Shown: positions 30,196 to 40,551, counted from the first letter of the stretch. The stretch is 64,000 bases of DNA from an uncultured Rhodothermales bacterium (GCA_965367755.1 CBDUKH010000001.1:1-64000); one strand, 5' to 3'. The notes: a model not told the origin generated them from the sequence alone. Numbers and translations: made by a program.

Positions 30196-33144
30196 GTGTA
30201 CGAACATCCACGTAAATATTGCCAGACGTTTCCTACACTCCTCGCTTTATTGATGGTCTCGTTGCTCGTCACCACCGATAGCAATGGCCAAGGATTTAGC
30301 AGTCTCAACGGCAGGAACCATCCTGAGCTAAAATGGCAGGTCGTCGAAACCGCCCACTTTGAGATAATTTATCCAGAGCACCTCGCCGGTCTCGAAAATG
30401 AAGTCGCTGCAATAGCCGAGGAGTCGTACTCTGCGCTGTCAGCAAACCTGAACGTTTCCTTCGACAAGAAAATCCGCATCTACCTGTCAGATGAAGACGA
30501 GATTGCTAACGGCTTCGCGATGTCTGTCGGCACTGGTCACACCAACATCTGGGTACATGTCAACGATGTCGCCGAGTACTGGACCGGTAGCGATAAGTGG
30601 ATACGTAAAGTGGTTGCTCATGAGCTTGCCCACATCTTTCACTATCAGGCCGTTCGATCTCCCCTTCGACCCCTCGACAGAATCCTCGGAAACCCGTTGC
30701 CCCGCTTCTGGACTGAAGGGCTCGCTCAGTATCAAACCGAAACGTGGGATGCATTTCGTGGAGAACAATGGCTACGCACAGCTGTGCTCGACGATCGCCT
30801 CTCCTATTCAGATGGCCTGTCTCGCTGGAACGGAAATCTGTTATACTCAATCGGTAATTCGCAAGTACGTTACTTTGCTGAACAGTATGGAGATTCTACT
30901 CTTGCCAACCTTCTGACAATTCGCAAACGGACAGCATTCGGCATACTGCGGACACACGATTTCTTCTATGCTTTCAAAAAATCGACAGGAAAATCGTACA
31001 GCCAGTTCCGAGAAGAGTGGCGGCGACACATCAATATCCAGTACAACGCTCTCGCTGCAACAATGGAATTAAGCGACTCGCTTGGAACCAATCCGCTGGC
31101 AATTCCGGGGCAGTATATAGATGACGTCCGCACGGATAGATCCAGTGGCAGACTCTATTCCGTTTCGCTTCAATCCATCAGTCGTCCGGTAACCCGCATT
31201 ACCAGTTTCGAGACTGATACTGGGAATGCCGAGGTCCTAACCGACGGCGCCATCGGGTCGCAGATTTCTGCAGTCGGAAATCTGGTTGCATTCACTCGCC
31301 GCTCCCGGGGTGAAGCAGGATCCATCGTGTACGACCTGTACCTGCACGATATTGACAGTGGAAAGTCGCAGAGAATAACGTCTAATCGACGCGCGTCGTA
31401 TCCAGATCTCTCTCCTGATGCGACAAAAGTTGCGTACGCCGTTTCGTCTGGCGGCACTACCAATATTTTCGAGATGGACCTCGGCACCCGGGCAGAGCGA
31501 CAGTTGACGTTTTTCACTGGTGATGTCCAGATCGCGCGACTCAGATGGCGACCTGACGGAAATGCTATTGCCTTTTCAGCTTTTGACGCCGACGGCACGC
31601 GAAACATAAAAGTTCTCTCACTCCCCGACCGTGATGTAAACGAATGGACGGATGGTTCGCACGACGATCGGGGGCCAGTCTGGTCGCCTTCAGGTCGGGA
31701 GCTTGCATATACATCTCTAAGAGACGGAGTCCCGAATGTATTTATAACGGATGGAACAGGGTCTTCGAGACGCATCACAAACGTGGTCACTGGAGCATCA
31801 GTCGTTGACTGGATTGGACAGAGCCTGTCGGATTCACTGGCAGCAAACAGGTTAATTGTGATAACGATGCAGTCGAAGTCATCCGATGCTGTCTTCGCAA
31901 TAGACCCGGCAAGGGTACCATTCTCTGCTGAAAGCACTCCTCGCACTGACTTATGGGCGTGGACAACTCACCGACCTCCAACTGTTGTTCCTTCGCAGAT
32001 TGATGAAAGTCCTGTCGTTGTCGAAAACCGTAGACCGTATAGTTCTCTTGCAAATATGACGCACACGTTAAGCGTCGCCTCCCCATACTATACCAATGGA
32101 AACGATTGGGGACTGATGGGATTGACGACGTGGATGGAGCCGCTTGGGAAACATCTTTTACTTGCATCGGGTGGTGTCTCGATCCCGTCTCCTGGTGCAT
32201 CATCATTTGTTTCACTGGCATATGTGAACCGCCAGTTTACTCCGACAATCCAGGTGAGCCTGTTCCACATCCCAACAGCCGTTCGTCCTTACGGAGACAC
32301 GGTCATCGAGGAACGTTCCAGCGGTGGTTCCCTGACAGCTTTCTGGCCGCTGGACAGATACTCGCGGCCGTATACATCTACGACATCATTTGCCCGACTT
32401 CGAACAATGTTTGTAGAACCTACCAATCCGGAATCCATACCCGTGTTCGAAAACCTTCCCGCACCGGAAGATGGATCCCAAACAGATCTGAGGGTCGGAG
32501 TCTTGCGCAGAAAGCAGAAGCCCTATCGTCACAACGTGGTGCATCCGTTGGACGGATTCGGAATCCGACTTCGAGCAACCGTAGGAATACGCAATGACGA
32601 GATTGACCGGCCGTTCGTCATCGGCGACCTCGCTGCTTACAAGATCTTTCCGGCGCCTGCGATGACGAGGTTTTTCGTTTACGGACGGATTCAAGGTCAG
32701 CAGGGTCGTTCACTGGCGCAGAATTACATCGGCCTCTCCAGGTACGATGAAATCAGGATCTCGTCGCCGGGCATTTTTGAATTAACTTTTTCGGATGTCG
32801 ATCGTGTACGTGGCTATCGTGCGTTTGCTGTCGGCAATCGACTCGCTTTCGGTTCGATTGAATACCGAATTCCTGTAGCTCCCTCGTTGGAAACTAGAAT
32901 CCTGGGTGTAATTTCTCTGGGTAAGACCACTGCCTCATTGTTTGCTGATGGAGCATTCGTATTAACTGACGCCGAATTCGACAAGGCCGTCAAGCGACTT
33001 GGGTTGGGTATCGAATTGAAGAACGCCATCGCGATCGGCGGACTCACCCTGATGCATGCATTCGGCGCGTCGCAGCCTGAACACGAGTTGTTCACCTCGG
33101 ATGTCAGCTATTATTATCGCATTCGAACAGCCATCCCATTCTAG
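30196..33144 (+). CDS. outer-membrane protein with N-terminal HExxH metallopeptidase-like domain, TolB-like PD40 beta-propeller repeats and C-terminal beta-barrel (paralog of 56767..59844)
   Basis: Signal peptide. HELAHIFHYQ...WTEGLAQY (gluzincin-like HExxH plus a downstream Glu). Repeated SPDG/DG-containing propeller blades. A C-terminal region rich in amphipathic strands that ends in a Phe. Confidence 0.65.
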   Translation: MYEHPRKYCQTFPTLLALLMVSLLVTTDSNGQGFSSLNGRNHPELKWQVVETAHFEIIYPEHLAGLENEVAAIAEESYSALSANLNVSFDKKIRIYLSDEDEIANGFAMSVGTGHTNIWVHVNDVAEYWTGSDKWIRKVVAHELAHIFHYQAVRSPLRPLDRILGNPLPRFWTEGLAQYQTETWDAFRGEQWLRTAVLDDRLSYSDGLSRWNGNLLYSIGNSQVRYFAEQYGDSTLANLLTIRKRTAFGILRTHDFFYAFKKSTGKSYSQFREEWRRHINIQYNALAATMELSDSLGTNPLAIPGQYIDDVRTDRSSGRLYSVSLQSISRPVTRITSFETDTGNAEVLTDGAIGSQISAVGNLVAFTRRSRGEAGSIVYDLYLHDIDSGKSQRITSNRRASYPDLSPDATKVAYAVSSGGTTNIFEMDLGTRAERQLTFFTGDVQIARLRWRPDGNAIAFSAFDADGTRNIKVLSLPDRDVNEWTDGSHDDRGPVWSPSGRELAYTSLRDGVPNVFITDGTGSSRRITNVVTGASVVDWIGQSLSDSLAANRLIVITMQSKSSDAVFAIDPARVPFSAESTPRTDLWAWTTHRPPTVVPSQIDESPVVVENRRPYSSLANMTHTLSVASPYYTNGNDWGLMGLTTWMEPLGKHLLLASGGVSIPSPGASSFVSLAYVNRQFTPTIQVSLFHIPTAVRPYGDTVIEERSSGGSLTAFWPLDRYSRPYTSTTSFARLRTMFVEPTNPESIPVFENLPAPEDGSQTDLRVGVLRRKQKPYRHNVVHPLDGFGIRLRATVGIRNDEIDRPFVIGDLAAYKIFPAPAMTRFFVYGRIQGQQGRSLAQNYIGLSRYDEIRISSPGIFELTFSDVDRVRGYRAFAVGNRLAFGSIEYRIPVAPSLETRILGVISLGKTTASLFADGAFVLTDAEFDKAVKRLGLGIELKNAIAIGGLTLMHAFGASQPEHELFTSDVSYYYRIRTAIPF

Positions 33145-33247
33145 GCGAAATCACTTGCATCCTCTCCGCCTGAATTCTTCAATGGCCCGTACGGGCATAT
33201 TTTCGCCGGGTACTATTGGTTGACGTCGCATTTGCCTATTTTCGGTT

Positions 33248-34525
33248 ATGACATCAATAACCAGCATTCTGGAAATGCGCTTCAGGAGTCGGCAGATGGT
33301 TCTGACCAAACCAGTCTTACTCGCAGCATGTCTGATAGCAGTTTTGTGCGGAGCCTGCCGCGACGGTAGTTCTCCAGAGATTGAGCAGCAGGCCCAACTA
33401 CCGGATTCGACATCAGTCGAATTGACGACTGGCATTGATTCAACAGTCCTCGCGCGACGAGACACGATTATCGTCGTAGACACGCTGTATGTGGATACTC
33501 TCTTTGTTCAGACACCAGCACCACCCGCAACGGTCCGTACGGACACCACTGAGACTGAAGCAAGATTTGATGCCATTGAAGAGCGCCTGGACCGAATTGC
33601 CACCTCAATTGCAGCCTTATCGACGGAACAACCACAAGAAGCCAGAAGCGACACGATATCAACGGCGTCCCCACGCGAGACCTTGGAATCCGCTGCCGAC
33701 AACTTGAGTAATTTCGGACTCAAGTTTTTCGTCTCACTCATGTTTCTCTTCTTCACCTACTTTGTGATACGCATCGTAGTGTGGATTCTCGACACCGCAT
33801 CTGAACGAAGTGCGAGCCGACGGCTCTTCTTCAAGAAGCTCATACCTATCGTTCGCATCGTTGCATGGTCATTCATTATCTATCTGATAATCGCGAAAGT
33901 CTTCAACGTGGACAGCCAGGGATTACTTGCAGCCGGAGCTGCTCTGGGTGTTGCTGTTGGTTTTGCTGCGCAGGACGTCCTCAAAAATATCTTTGGCGGG
34001 ATTCTGATTATACTGGATCAACCATTTCAGGTGGGTGACAAGATTAGCGTTGCCGGCACCTATGGCGAGGTTGTTTCGATTGGTTTACGATCGACACGAA
34101 TTGTCACACCTGACGACAACCTGGTTTCAGTTCCCAATACTCAGGTTGTGGATGGCCAGGTCGCGAATGCAAACGCCGGTGCATTGCACTGTCAGGTTGT
34201 TACTACGTTGTTCTTACCGGGTGACGTCGACGTTGCCCGTGCTAAGAAGATTGCTTATGAAGCGGCAGCAAACTCCAAGTACGTTTATCTGGACATGCCA
34301 ATTGTCGTCCTCGTGAAAGATCACTTCGAGTATCGTTTTCTGACGAAGATTGTAGTCAAGGCGTACGTCCTTGATACTCGATATGAGTTTGTTTTCGCAA
34401 GCGAAATTACGGAGACGGCCAAGCTGGAGTATTTACGACAGGGCCTTATGGATGCGTACGACGACGGCACCGTTTATGACGAACGTTCGGGCCGTACTAT
34501 CAATGGTTCACCATCTGAAAATTGA
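33248..34525 (+). CDS. MscS-family mechanosensitive channel with an N-terminal periplasmic extension
   Basis: MscS core (LKNIFGGILIILDQPFQVGDKISVAGTYGEVVSIGLRSTRIVTPDDNLVSVPN). N-terminal signal or lipoprotein-like segment and a coiled region. Confidence 0.85.
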   Translation: MTSITSILEMRFRSRQMVLTKPVLLAACLIAVLCGACRDGSSPEIEQQAQLPDSTSVELTTGIDSTVLARRDTIIVVDTLYVDTLFVQTPAPPATVRTDTTETEARFDAIEERLDRIATSIAALSTEQPQEARSDTISTASPRETLESAADNLSNFGLKFFVSLMFLFFTYFVIRIVVWILDTASERSASRRLFFKKLIPIVRIVAWSFIIYLIIAKVFNVDSQGLLAAGAALGVAVGFAAQDVLKNIFGGILIILDQPFQVGDKISVAGTYGEVVSIGLRSTRIVTPDDNLVSVPNTQVVDGQVANANAGALHCQVVTTLFLPGDVDVARAKKIAYEAAANSKYVYLDMPIVVLVKDHFEYRFLTKIVVKAYVLDTRYEFVFASEITETAKLEYLRQGLMDAYDDGTVYDERSGRTINGSPSEN

Positions 34526-37500
34526 TGCAAGTTACCAATCACGAAAGCGACTCACTCGTCACTAATGGCATCGCCAGGAGTGACGACTCGACACGTCCGA
34601 GCGAACTTGCGGGCGTGTATGATCGGGTATTCGACTTCGCGTCAACACAGCACGAAGAATTCGTGTCGGCGGTATCAGATCGTGTCCTGCTCCCGATGAT
34701 GTCTCTTGCGAAACGCCTTGCTGACGCCCATCGTAAAATTCTGGCCGGGTTGCAGGAGAACGGTGATCAAGAGGACTACTGGCAATTTCAAAGGCAGTAC
34801 CGTGAACGCGTTGAGTCTGCCATTATTGAACCGCTCCAACAATACTTGCAGACAGAGCAGCCTGCACAAACTATCAACGAACTATATTTTTCGCTGTTAC
34901 CAACGCTTGAATCCATTGCTCGAGATGTACCCGCTTCGATCCGAATCAGTGAGCCACCGGATTTATTCGAACCGGACAATACGGACTCTACGGGGATTGC
35001 ATTTCGAAAGATGGGAGTCCGAGTCTCGAGAGGCGTAAAATCCGCCGCTGACAAGGTCACATCCATGTTCGGAGATCGTGCTAAACCTGAACGCATGATT
35101 GACGTGCCAGTTGGCGACATCGTGACGTATCATGTTCGACGGAGGTTACCGGCAGCCGCATCCACCACATTTAAAGCGCTCCACAATCAGCTAGCCGAAC
35201 GCACCGCGATTTTCGAAGCTGGAGTTTCCGACTGGTTTGCCGGCGTTCTAAGGGCGGATCGTGAGCTGGATAGACATACTGTTGAGAGTGAGCCAGAAAT
35301 AGTTGAGAGTGAAGATGCTGCAGTAGAAGAAGTACACGAAATAAATACACTGTTCGCGGGAGTTATAGAAGCCGGTACTCGACTCCAGACCGCTCTAGAA
35401 ACCGCAGCTCAGCAGTTGTACGAGATCGACGCTAAAGCAGAAAAGGATTGGGCATTTGCGTGGCGCATGTTTGAGCTAGACCTTGATGGTTGTGGAGCTC
35501 TGGTGTCGTCCACACCTGTACCTATCTCAGAACTCGGCCCCGCCAATATTGTGGGAGGGGCAGCCGATACTGCTATCGAATGGACACAGTGGCACGAACA
35601 GGTTGTGGATCGGCTCACCATGGTGAATGCCCTGATCGACATCCGTGATGAGATGTTATCTCTTGAGGAGGACCTGAAGGCTACCATCAAACAGTCGACG
35701 ACCGTTCCGTTCAAGAAAGCTTTTCAGAAATTGTCTACTGACCTCGAGACGGCATTTCGAACAGCGAAGGCAGCCAGTGAAAATATCTCGTCAAAAACTG
35801 ACCTGAAGGAGTTCGCAAAGACGCTCATAGAATTACGTAAAACGCTGCTGAAGCGGACTAAGTGGCTATCTACAATGCCAGGCTTTATTGCGACGGACGG
35901 TATTCTTGATAATCCGGGCGATGCGGAGTGGAAGAAGCTGTTAGAGATAGCAGACCAGTTGCCGGAGGCCCTGCAAATCCACCCCGTACCAAGGCCGCAT
36001 GCTGTTGATTCGCGAGCCGGAATTCGGACCGTTAAAATGCGGGAGACTGTGAAGCAAACGCTGCACATGAATCTCGCGACACGACTTGAAGACAAGGCTC
36101 TTCCGCTAAAACGCGAATTGGTTAAAGCCTGGAGTTCTACAGAGACCATCGACAACATCATTACCTTCAATATCGATGCTGCTCTGGAAGAAATTGAAAA
36201 CTTCCTGTCGCCCCCGCCTCCTTCAGATGATGAGACTGAACTTCAGGTAGATCCTCCCACGCTGAAAAGTGTTCGAGACACAAGTTTCGAGCTTGCTGGC
36301 GAGGCGCTCCAGCGCGCTGACGACAGCATTGAGGAGATGGTGAAACATCTTGAGGCTCACGTTGCCGAGGTATCAGACGAAATAAACTTCGTGTTCCTTG
36401 ACGATTGGACAGCGATCCATAAGACTGTAAGGACACGTGATGACGCATCCGACCAGTGGGCTGAGGTTTTCTCGCGTGCAGGCCAGCGATGGGAAGCTCT
36501 GCGCTTTGCAGGTGAGAAGTGGTTTGATAAAGCTACAGCCGCAGTTAAACAGTGGGTCCGCGTCGGTGAGCGAAGCGCTCGCGGCCTGATTCGCAAGGGA
36601 CAGACTGCAGTCGGGGTTATCGACCAGAGCGACACCCTGCGATCGGAAACGGTAAACAAAATAGCCAGCGTTGCGTCGTTTAAGAAGACACTGCCCGTGG
36701 TGTATCGCAGATTGTTTTCGTTCGAGCCGCTGACAGGAGCAAGTCTGGCTGAGGCGCGCTCCAGGGACCTGGTATGGATCCGGTCGTTTGCAACCGGGTG
36801 GAAGGAGCGACGCAATGGTGGTGTTGCTGTGATTGCGGGCGACCCTGGCTCAGGAAAAACAAGCTTCCTCAACATTCTTGGCGAGTCTTCACTCAAGGGT
36901 TTCGAAACTATCCTCATCCGAATATCGGACCGCCCTAATTCTGAAAAGGAACTGGTCGCGGTGTTGGCCGAGCATATGGGAATCACCACTTCCGTTGATG
37001 ACCTCATGGGCCTTGAAGAGATTCTCAACCACAACACCGATCGTCGATGTGTGCTGATTGATGATATCGAACATCTCTTCTTGCAGGCCACCGGTGGCAA
37101 AGAGTTGCTGGAGCGATTTATGCTTTTTCTGTCCCGGACGGACAAATGGATCTGCTGGTTTCTGACAATTAACAAGCCAGCGTGGAAATATTTGGCGCGG
37201 ACTGCCCAACGCATCGTGGGCTTTGTTGTATCGTACGAGCTTTCAACAGTAGATCGATCCGGCTACGAAGCTATCGTCCTGAATCGCCATCGTCGAAGTG
37301 GGATGCCGATTGTTTTTGAACAGCCAAAAGATGGCGCGAACTACCTGAAAGACAAGGTTGGCCGGAAGAGGACGGAGTCTGAGATTCAGGATACGCTGAG
37401 GGAGAATTATTTCGACACGCTGCGGAAGCTGAGTGGTCAGAATATCATGCTGGCACTTTATTACTGGACGTTGTCTGCACAGTTTAAAGAGAGTGGCGAG

Positions 37501-37827
37501 TTATTGGTCAAACCGATAAAGCCCTTGTCATTTGATTTTCTTGGCAGATATGACACGGGGCTTGCTTTTTCATTGCGGTCGATCATTATGCACAAGACGC
37601 TAAGTGTCGAAGAGCACAACCGGGTATTCAGCTTTTCAAAAGACGAGACGACGTTTGTCCTTGAGCGACTCGTGAATGATCGTTTGATTTGCCTGGTTGA
37701 TTCGAACCCGGACACGATGGGCGTCGAACAGCCGGACTGGTATAGTGGGGATGTTCGATTCGAGATCCATCCGCTTGTCCAATTTCCTGTCAGCGAGATG
37801 CTATCCCGTAATAACTTGTTGCATTAG
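34522..37827 (+). CDS. large (1101 aa) P-loop NTPase, STAND/AAA-like, with a ~750-aa helical N-terminal region; translationally coupled to the MscS gene
   Basis: ATGA start/stop overlap with the MscS gene. Walker A GDPGSGKTS, Walker B-like VLIDDIEH, and a sensor-like WFLTINKP. Confidence 0.6.
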   Translation: MMQVTNHESDSLVTNGIARSDDSTRPSELAGVYDRVFDFASTQHEEFVSAVSDRVLLPMMSLAKRLADAHRKILAGLQENGDQEDYWQFQRQYRERVESAIIEPLQQYLQTEQPAQTINELYFSLLPTLESIARDVPASIRISEPPDLFEPDNTDSTGIAFRKMGVRVSRGVKSAADKVTSMFGDRAKPERMIDVPVGDIVTYHVRRRLPAAASTTFKALHNQLAERTAIFEAGVSDWFAGVLRADRELDRHTVESEPEIVESEDAAVEEVHEINTLFAGVIEAGTRLQTALETAAQQLYEIDAKAEKDWAFAWRMFELDLDGCGALVSSTPVPISELGPANIVGGAADTAIEWTQWHEQVVDRLTMVNALIDIRDEMLSLEEDLKATIKQSTTVPFKKAFQKLSTDLETAFRTAKAASENISSKTDLKEFAKTLIELRKTLLKRTKWLSTMPGFIATDGILDNPGDAEWKKLLEIADQLPEALQIHPVPRPHAVDSRAGIRTVKMRETVKQTLHMNLATRLEDKALPLKRELVKAWSSTETIDNIITFNIDAALEEIENFLSPPPPSDDETELQVDPPTLKSVRDTSFELAGEALQRADDSIEEMVKHLEAHVAEVSDEINFVFLDDWTAIHKTVRTRDDASDQWAEVFSRAGQRWEALRFAGEKWFDKATAAVKQWVRVGERSARGLIRKGQTAVGVIDQSDTLRSETVNKIASVASFKKTLPVVYRRLFSFEPLTGASLAEARSRDLVWIRSFATGWKERRNGGVAVIAGDPGSGKTSFLNILGESSLKGFETILIRISDRPNSEKELVAVLAEHMGITTSVDDLMGLEEILNHNTDRRCVLIDDIEHLFLQATGGKELLERFMLFLSRTDKWICWFLTINKPAWKYLARTAQRIVGFVVSYELSTVDRSGYEAIVLNRHRRSGMPIVFEQPKDGANYLKDKVGRKRTESEIQDTLRENYFDTLRKLSGQNIMLALYYWTLSAQFKESGELLVKPIKPLSFDFLGRYDTGLAFSLRSIIMHKTLSVEEHNRVFSFSKDETTFVLERLVNDRLICLVDSNPDTMGVEQPDWYSGDVRFEIHPLVQFPVSEMLSRNNLLH

Positions 37828-37853
37828 GTGAGGGATGAGGGATGAGGGATGAG
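37828..37853 (+). repeat. tandem heptamer repeat (GGGATGA) x3.5 immediately after the stop codon
   Basis: GTGAGGGATGAGGGATGAGGGATGAG read directly from the sequence. Confidence 0.8.
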
Positions 37854-37875
37854 TTTGTATAGATTTTAGTAAAGC

Positions 37876-37914
37876 AAAAAGGGTCCCCGAATAAAATTCG
37901 GTGACCCTTTTTTC
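37876..37914. terminator. bidirectional rho-independent terminator between convergent genes
   Basis: AAAAAGGGTCCCCGAAT-AAA-ATTCGGTGACCCTTTTTT: a 12-bp stem with one mismatch, flanked by an A-run on one side and a T-run on the other. Confidence 0.75.
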
Positions 37915-37955
37915 GTGTCTTTCGATGCATGAACCTCTGGTATCAACCAGCGGAA

Positions 37956-38795
37956 TCAACCGATATGCATCTGTAATTCTTCGCGACGATGTTTTTGACG
38001 AAGCTTGCGTAATGCTTTCTCCTTGATCTGGCGCACGCGTTCGCGGGTCAACCCGAAGCGCTGTCCGATTTCTTCAAGTGTCAGCGGATGCTCCCTGCCG
38101 ATCCCGAAATAAAGTCGGGTAATTTCCGCCTCGCGCGGGTGAAGGAGGCTAAGCGCCCTTTCGATATCAATCTTCAGAGACTCATCCATCAGAGTATCAT
38201 CTGGAGAAAGATCTTCGTCGTTAGGCAGAACGTCGAGCAATGAGTTATCGTCGTCCTCATTAAACGGCGCGTCCATCGAGAGATGACGACCCGTGTGCTG
38301 CATTGCTTCGCGCACCTTGTCGACATCTACCTCGAGTTCTTTTGCAAGCTCCTCAATGTTAGGCTGGCGCTCGTGTACCTGTGCTAGCTTTGCACTCGTT
38401 TTCCGGATCTTGGAGATCGTGCCGATACGATTGAGCGGCAGACGCACAACGCGACTCTGTTCGGCTAGCGCCTGAAGAATCGCCTGGCGAATCCACCAGA
38501 CTGCGTACGAAATAAATTTAAAGCCGCGCGTTTCATCAAATCGTTGCGCAGCCTTAATCAGGCCATAGTTGCCCTCATTAATCAAGTCGGCCAGCGTCAA
38601 ACCTTGACCCTGATACTTTTTGGCAACGGACACGACAAAGCGCAGGTTTGCGCGAGTCAGACGGTGCAACGCTTCCTGATCATTCTGCTTGATTCTTCTC
38701 GCGAGATCAACTTCTTCGGCGGGAGTAAGCAATGGAATCTGACCAATCTCCTGAAGATATTGGTCCAGCATGCGTTGCTGTCGTGGGACGTACAT
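37956..38795 (-). CDS. rpoD: RNA polymerase primary sigma factor, short FCB-group type (regions 1.2-4, no region 1.1)
   Basis: 279 aa with a region 2 [19 protein letters not shown]...[12 protein letters not shown] block and region 4 [28 protein letters not shown]. Confidence 0.85.
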   Translation of the reverse strand: MYVPRQQRMLDQYLQEIGQIPLLTPAEEVDLARRIKQNDQEALHRLTRANLRFVVSVAKKYQGQGLTLADLINEGNYGLIKAAQRFDETRGFKFISYAVWWIRQAILQALAEQSRVVRLPLNRIGTISKIRKTSAKLAQVHERQPNIEELAKELEVDVDKVREAMQHTGRHLSMDAPFNEDDDNSLLDVLPNDEDLSPDDTLMDESLKIDIERALSLLHPREAEITRLYFGIGREHPLTLEEIGQRFGLTRERVRQIKEKALRKLRQKHRREELQMHIG

Positions 38796-39006
38796 AGGCG
38801 TTTAGCTGTTAAGCAGTAGTAGCGTTATTACGATATAAACAAGCTTATTTGTTGTTCCAGTAAAAACAAAAGCCTGCGTCAGAACTACCGGGCGGTAAGG
38901 TACTACGCGGCGTTCGTCCACGCGTGGTTGCGGATGTTGTTCCCAACTCAGCTCATTAAAAGCGCGAAATGACACGCCTGAAACATGTGTCGGTTAGTCG
39001 CACTTA

Positions 39007-40551
39007 TTACATGGAGGCAGTTTCAAGTACGCCATCGGCAACATCCCGTTCCTCACTCATTCTAGGAACCTTACTCTGGGCGCTGACCCTTTTCTTCGTC
39101 TTCTTCATCCATTTGTAGAAAGTGCCTTTCGGCAGGCTGATGATCTGCGGTGGGCCAAAAGCCTCAGCTTCACGTCGGATCATGTAGTGCCGGTTAATCT
39201 CCTGCAGGTATTTGTCCATTACTGAAGACATGGCATCCAAATCCGCCGGCGGCGTCTCAAACTCTATCAACCATTGATGGGCTGGCATTCGATCTACACT
39301 CGGCGGCGTGGGAGCCACATGATAATCAACGACAGTAGAAGAGAATTTTGCGCAGGCGATCTCCAAAGTTTTGCGAACTTCATCTGCAAAAACAGCCTCG
39401 CCATATTTGTCGATCATCTCACTCGTCCTGCCAGCTACCACAATCCTGTGTGGATACAACTGGGTAAACTTGATCACGTCATTAACCGGATAGCTCCACA
39501 ACCCACTTGCTGTAGAAACAAAAAGAGCATAACGGAGACCTGTCTCTACTTCATCAATGGAATACCGCCGGGCATTGGGGTCGCCCAGCTCTTCCATTTT
39601 GACAAACTGATAGTAAACTCCGCTATTCAGGTGGAGCAACATATCTTCTCGAGCCGGGTCATCTTGAAACGAGAAAAAACCTTCCGATGCACCGTACGTT
39701 TCCAGCAAAGCCACATCTGGATTCCCGATCTGATCATTCAGAACCTGGCGGTATGAGCTGAGCGCAACACCGCCGGTAAAAATCACTCGCAGGTTCGGCC
39801 AAATTTCTGAGATCGTGTATGCGCTCGCAATACCTTCATCCCGTGCGTACGCTAACAGCCGGGTAAACATAATCATTGCCCAGGTCGGTACGGTTGCAAT
39901 CGCCCGAATATCCATCCTTGCGACATGCTTTATAACGGCTGTCAGCTTCGCTTCCCAGTTTCCAATAAACAGAATCTCGTTTGGTACCGCCTGATAGTAG
40001 TCGGAAATTAGCCGAGGAGCGTGTCGCGCCTGAAGACCCGAAACTTCCCCGATGTAGTTGCCGGGGTACTCCTCATCTTCGTGCATCTGTCCCGGTAAAC
40101 TCAGAAACCTGCCAAACCAGAATTTGGAATTTCCGGACGTTGCGCTGTAAGTGAATGCACTGCCGAGACTGAACTTCAGATTGTTTTTCAGCGTCTCGCG
40201 ACTTATCGGAATGATCTTGCCGGCTGAAACTGTCCCGCTCGATACAGCAAAGTCTCTAAAGACACCGGGCCAGATAATGTCTGGTACTCCCTGCCGGATA
40301 CGTGCGACATCACTTACATAATCCTCGTAGGTATGTATGCGAACATTCGATTCGTAGTCCTTCCTTACGTCAGGGCTTTTGGAAAGCGAACTAAAATTAT
40401 AGCGTCTGCCCCATTCGGTATGAGACGCCGACGATAGCAATTTTCTAAGCAGCGAGGTTTGAACGCTGACCGGATCTTTGGTAAACTCGCTTATTGTATG
40501 CAGCGAGGTACCGGGAACCGCTCGGACAATGTTGCCAATTATTCTCGACAT
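39007..40551 (-). CDS. GH3 (auxin-responsive promoter) family acyl-adenylate-forming enzyme homolog
   Basis: 514 aa. Overall GH3-family architecture common in Bacteroidota (YSATSGNSKFW...GRTSEM region). The family assignment is from memory. Confidence 0.6.
   Translation of the reverse strand: MSRIIGNIVRAVPGTSLHTISEFTKDPVSVQTSLLRKLLSSASHTEWGRRYNFSSLSKSPDVRKDYESNVRIHTYEDYVSDVARIRQGVPDIIWPGVFRDFAVSSGTVSAGKIIPISRETLKNNLKFSLGSAFTYSATSGNSKFWFGRFLSLPGQMHEDEEYPGNYIGEVSGLQARHAPRLISDYYQAVPNEILFIGNWEAKLTAVIKHVARMDIRAIATVPTWAMIMFTRLLAYARDEGIASAYTISEIWPNLRVIFTGGVALSSYRQVLNDQIGNPDVALLETYGASEGFFSFQDDPAREDMLLHLNSGVYYQFVKMEELGDPNARRYSIDEVETGLRYALFVSTASGLWSYPVNDVIKFTQLYPHRIVVAGRTSEMIDKYGEAVFADEVRKTLEIACAKFSSTVVDYHVAPTPPSVDRMPAHQWLIEFETPPADLDAMSSVMDKYLQEINRHYMIRREAEAFGPPQIISLPKGTFYKWMKKTKKRVSAQSKVPRMSEERDVADGVLETASM

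Noticed and set aside
36357-37214. 285-aa ORF antisense to the giant NTPase gene. There are many other 60-180-aa antisense or overlapping ORFs in the track, for example 7346..7876, 8399..8836, 18381..18998 and 31170..31946.
   Set aside because: Each is embedded in a longer ORF with clear family-level conservation on the opposite strand or in another frame. None has recognisable motifs.
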